A stretch of DNA of 64,000 nucleotides from an uncultured Candidatus Saccharibacteria bacterium. GTDB lineage: Bacteria > Patescibacteriota > Saccharimonadia > Saccharimonadales > Saccharimonadaceae. Where the stretch lies: assembly GCA_963526325.1 (NCBI GenBank), contig CAURNC010000002.1:67149-131148 (forward strand), read 5' to 3'. This document shows, piece by piece, positions 60,819-64,000 of this stretch (positions are counted from its first letter, which is position 1; every line of letters begins with the position of its first letter). The position numbers and the translations under genes are program-made. The notes beneath the pieces were generated by a model. It was not told the DNA's origin, did no database searches, and was given only the letters and a program-made list of their open reading frames with translations.

Positions 60819-62515
60819 TACTTACGCCTCCTTTCCCAATCTCCAGTTTCACCAGTACGATCATCACGCCATCGAACATCATCAACATCATCATCAGCAA
60901 CATCATCAGCATCATCAAACTGAACACCTAGAAAACGCATCAAAAGACGATAGCAAACCCACAAGAAAGCAATAGATATACCAGCCCTAATAATAAGTTG
61001 CATGAAAGACCAAGTGCCTGGTAATTGATAGCGCCATCTACATAGCTCAATAGTCGCAGTAGAACCATAAATAGAAATAGGGGGAAGAGCACAGGTATCA
61101 TTGACAGCAGAAAACTGCAAAATAGACTTAAAAACATCAGATATAAATGTAACAGGGAAGAACAAAAATCCAAAAGAACGCTGCAAATTACTTAAAGTTT
61201 GATTAAACATAGCACCAACCCTATCAGAATCAGGGAAGAACAACCAAGAAATAGTACCAAAAAACCACTTAGTAATAGCATTAAAAAACCTAGACATATG
61301 GCAAGCTAAATCCATTGTTTTACATGGCACTAATTTATCAAAATCATAACCTAACTTGAATTCAGAATCTGGCGACTTATCCCACGGATTATCAAAACAA
61401 CGTTCAGGGGTAGATCCTGGACTAATCCAAGAGCCAGTATTAGGGTCAGTAGAAAAATGATTTATATCTTGAGTAGATGCACCTTGCCTAAAAACACATG
61501 TCTGATCTTTATTGGCATCATAGTTTAACCAAAAACCTTTGTCATCTACCTTAAAGTCAATAACTGCTGGCTGTACTCGATAAATTTTAGCATTCTCTCC
61601 ATGGTAAAAACCCATAGCAATAAGCCTATAATTGCCATATTCTACGTCAGACCACCATTCAGACAAAAGACCTTTACGCGAAAATTGACCAAATACCTCT
61701 TTATTTTGATCACCATCTTTATATAACCTCATATCTAAAAAGCTTAATTCTGGAACATCTGAATTTAATTTTTTAAAAGCTTCTACATTTAAACTAGCGC
61801 TTAAATCCATAACATTTGGTTTTTGTGATTTAGGATCAGTAGAGCTAATAAAAATAGGTAACTTTACTTTAGAGGCTTGGTTAATGTCACGTGGCAAATC
61901 CTGTTTAATATATGGTTCAGCATTTTTGGTTAATGTATAATCACCAGTATAGAAAAATAAAGCAGCCTTAGAATCAGGGTTTTCAAAAGAAATTTGAACA
62001 TTTAAATCTGTATAGCTTTTGGAATTTCCATAATAATTCGATACCGTGCCGCCATCAAATTTTGCAGAACGAAAACGACATTCATCTTTATCAGAATAAG
62101 TATCCAAATAAAAGATATCGCCACGATAATCTAAACGAACATCACAATTCTTTGAATAGTTAAAATAAAGTGAATAATAAGCATATGGCTTACCTTTAAA
62201 AGAACCAAAATGCTGGACATAAAGCCAAGTACCATTTTCAATGGCACGATTCATATCTTGTTTTAATCTATTAGCATTACGATCAATATCATCTTTATAA
62301 GCAGGATTCAAATTATCAACAATAGACGTAAATAAAGACTTAGTAAGATCTTTCTTTTCGCCACCATTTACCTGTAAATATAATTTATCTGTGGTATGAA
62401 ATTGCACTTTTTTGTCCTGTGCATATGCACTAGTAGAGAAAAAGAAAAAAGAGCCGATTACAAAGGTGAACACAAATAATTTAAATAAAGGTAATAATTT
62501 ATATAATCGACTCAT
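60818..62515 (-). CDS. pIII-like adsorption protein
   Basis: Signal peptide ending AYA, large soluble domain, Cys pairs, hydrophobic C-terminus. Confidence 0.75.
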   Translation of the reverse strand: MSRLYKLLPLFKLFVFTFVIGSFFFFSTSAYAQDKKVQFHTTDKLYLQVNGGEKKDLTKSLFTSIVDNLNPAYKDDIDRNANRLKQDMNRAIENGTWLYVQHFGSFKGKPYAYYSLYFNYSKNCDVRLDYRGDIFYLDTYSDKDECRFRSAKFDGGTVSNYYGNSKSYTDLNVQISFENPDSKAALFFYTGDYTLTKNAEPYIKQDLPRDINQASKVKLPIFISSTDPKSQKPNVMDLSASLNVEAFKKLNSDVPELSFLDMRLYKDGDQNKEVFGQFSRKGLLSEWWSDVEYGNYRLIAMGFYHGENAKIYRVQPAVIDFKVDDKGFWLNYDANKDQTCVFRQGASTQDINHFSTDPNTGSWISPGSTPERCFDNPWDKSPDSEFKLGYDFDKLVPCKTMDLACHMSRFFNAITKWFFGTISWLFFPDSDRVGAMFNQTLSNLQRSFGFLFFPVTFISDVFKSILQFSAVNDTCALPPISIYGSTATIELCRWRYQLPGTWSFMQLIIRAGISIAFLWVCYRLLMRFLGVQFDDADDVADDDVDDVRWRDDRTGETGDWERRRK

Positions 62516-62649
62516 TTTTTGTCTCCTCTATTTCTTAGAAAGATTGGAGAAAGCAATCGCTCAGTTAATGACTTTTTGGTGAAATGATCAAAAAACATAT
62601 CAGTTAGAGAATAAAGAGCAAAACCCAAAAGAATATCAAAAACAATCAC
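62512..62649 (-). CDS. 45-aa small phage protein (not in ORF track)
   Basis: GTG start after SD GGAGGTGA; MIVFDILLGFALYSLTDMFF...; stop overlaps the pIII ATG (ATGA). Confidence 0.65.
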   Translation of the reverse strand: MIVFDILLGFALYSLTDMFFDHFTKKSLTERLLSPIFLRNRGDKK

Positions 62650-62774
62650 TATTTATCACCTCCTGAGTAACTAATTCTTTTAATAAAATACCAACAGAAA
62701 CAGGCAGAGAATAGAATAACGAAAAATTTCACTAAAAACTTATCTAAAATCAATTGTAATTCTTGTGCTGACAT
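62649..62774 (-). CDS. 41-aa TM protein, pVII/pIX-like (not in ORF track)
   Basis: MSAQELQLILDKFLVKFFVILFSACFCWYFIKRISYSGGDK. Confidence 0.7.
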   Translation of the reverse strand: MSAQELQLILDKFLVKFFVILFSACFCWYFIKRISYSGGDK

Positions 62775-62781
62775 AAAATAC

Positions 62782-62931
62782 CTATTTAGAACTGGTTACT
62801 GAATATAAAGACTTGAATACAATATCTAAAACAATCTTTACACCGGCACCAACTGCAATAATAGCTAACAGGGAAGAGAAGTTATTAGATATCGTAGTAG
62901 TAATTAATTGAACAATCTCTATAGTTTTCAT
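62782..62931 (-). CDS. 49-aa coat-like protein (not in ORF track)
   Basis: MKTIEIVQLITTTISNNFSSLLAIIAVGAGVKIVLDIVFKSLYSVTSSK; resembles the major coat. Confidence 0.7.
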   Translation of the reverse strand: MKTIEIVQLITTTISNNFSSLLAIIAVGAGVKIVLDIVFKSLYSVTSSK

Positions 62932-62950
62932 AAATTATATTGAACATGAT

Positions 62951-62970
62951 GAGGGGGACTGAGCCCCCTC
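62951..62970 (-). terminator. Hairpin right after the major coat gene
   Basis: GAGGGGG / CCCCCTC stem; weak U tract. Confidence 0.6.
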
Positions 62971-62977
62971 GTGGTGG

Positions 62978-63136
62978 CTAGAACTTACCTTTAAGTCCTC
63001 GGTTACCAAAGCTACGGAAAAGCTTCAAACCGACGCCAAAGCCAATCAAGATCGCCAATGCCGGCCAGTTTTGAGTAAAATAGCTAATGACGGTAGTAAT
63101 GATTGATGTTGCGTCTGTTGCTTCAATCAGCTTCAT
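62978..63136 (-). CDS. Major coat protein, pVIII-like, 52 aa (not in ORF track)
   Basis: MKLIEATDATSIITTVISYFTQNWPALAILIGFGVGLKLFRSFGNRGLKGKF: acidic N-terminus, TM, basic C-terminus; SD AAGAAAGGA. Confidence 0.85.
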   Translation of the reverse strand: MKLIEATDATSIITTVISYFTQNWPALAILIGFGVGLKLFRSFGNRGLKGKF

Positions 63137-63283
63137 GCTCTGATTCCTTTCTTGTAGCTTTGTTAATTATATTATGGGGAAATCGCCACGCCCGCTACAA
63201 ATGGCGAATGGTGGCGTGTGAGGTCTTACGTCGCTTAGTCAATATCGCATTGATACCACCTAGAACAAAAAGAGAACTAACTA

Positions 63284-63490
63284 TTACAGAATAGGCTGAA
63301 TAGGCTTTGCAACTGTAATATCAAGAATTGCTAATTGCTCAGATGAGAGAAAAATACGCTGAGTATAGGTTTTATTATCTGGCATAATCCATTCCAAAAT
63401 CAAAACAGAGTATTTTTTACCAGCTTTTGAAGTTTGATCACGCAAGATATATGCACGTGATAGGTGAGAAATAATATTGTCAGAGTTCAT
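63284..63490 (-). CDS. Putative ssDNA-binding protein (pV-like)
   Basis: 68 aa beta-rich, TSKAGKKYSV hairpin; SD AGAAAGGA; follows Rep on the circular map. Confidence 0.6.
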   Translation of the reverse strand: MNSDNIISHLSRAYILRDQTSKAGKKYSVLILEWIMPDNKTYTQRIFLSSEQLAILDITVAKPIQPIL

Positions 63491-63536
63491 TACTTAAGAA
63501 ATCCTTTCTATGATGAACATTTAAATTATTGATAGC

Positions 63537-63589
63537 ATGAGTATACATTCATAAAAGAGAAATATCTATAATGTCGCACAATGTATGTT
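63537..63589 (+). repeat. Right direct repeat with dif-like core
   Basis: Copy of 58504-58556; continues ATGTCGCACAA-TGTATG-TTTTACGAAAT. Confidence 0.85.
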
Positions 63590-64000
63590 TTACGAAATAT
63601 ATAGGAGATAACCATGTATGATAATGAAGTGCGGCACATATAGCCATATAAGGATATATCCAGCTAACTAAGCAGGGGCTTTGGAGTCTACCATCTTCTA
63701 CTGCGCGAACAAATTGTAACTTTTGCTCTTATCATTACTCATCATACACTGTGTCTTGAAATATAAGTATATACCCACACGCTTGTATGGCTCCTGAAAG
63801 ACCCATGCAGTAAAACTACAAGCGCCCAACGTAGTATTTACTACATTATGCCGTGATAAGTTTTCCACATTGCAACATCTTGGATGATCGACCTGTATTT
63901 GACTTTTTTCTTTTTTATTCCCCCGCTCTGTTTTTTGCGGACCGCCTATATTTGACTTTTCGGTTTTTGCATATTGTAATATATATTTTTTGCTATTCTC

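Larger units (their letters stand above)
58504..63589 (-). mobile_element. Filamentous (inovirus-like) prophage, unit length 5033 bp
   Basis: AT-rich; Rep, Zot/pI, pVI-, pIII- and coat-like ORFs on one strand; 53-bp direct repeats at both ends. Confidence 0.9.

Noticed and set aside
63861..63870. TTTTCCACA DnaA-box-like sequence near the window end
   Set aside because: Single imperfect box; cannot support an oriC call without downstream sequence

Overview
Bacterial chromosome segment using the standard genetic code. It most likely comes from a Saccharibacteria (TM7, Patescibacteria/CPR) genome. That assignment is an inference from gene content and style: short atp delta subunit, sigma70-r4/HARE-HTH protein, PEGA and DUF4367-like membrane proteins, PilX-like adhesin, sortase, and many apparently leaderless genes. 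Core genes include two P-type ATPases, a UvrD-nuclease, dus, a complete atp operon, smpB, pyrH, xth, gltX, two glycosyltransferases, two M15 peptidases and tRNA-Gln and tRNA-Leu. The accessory and unusual content is as follows. (1) A ~5.03 kb filamentous (inovirus-like) prophage at 58.5-63.6 kb. It is bounded by 53-bp direct repeats with a dif-like core and has an HUH Rep, a nick-site hairpin, a Zot/pI ATPase, pIII/pVI-like genes and four tiny coat-type ORFs missing from the ORF track. (2) A complete type II-A CRISPR-Cas9 locus: tracrRNA, cas9-cas1-cas2-csn2, 19 spacers and a leader-repeat hairpin. (3) A ~930-nt hairpin-dense putative ncRNA at 15.5-16.4 kb with its own promoter and terminator and two embedded aberrant tRNA-like domains, one carrying tmRNA/Ala-like identity elements. 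(4) Two related palindromic elements inserted in frame inside dus and an ABC-F gene. (5) A HEPN-gene islet at the 3' end of tRNA-Gln. (6) A structured small-ORF locus resembling a type I toxin mRNA. (7) A WhiB-like domain protein. All calls are by eye from motifs; no database searches or folding programs were run.
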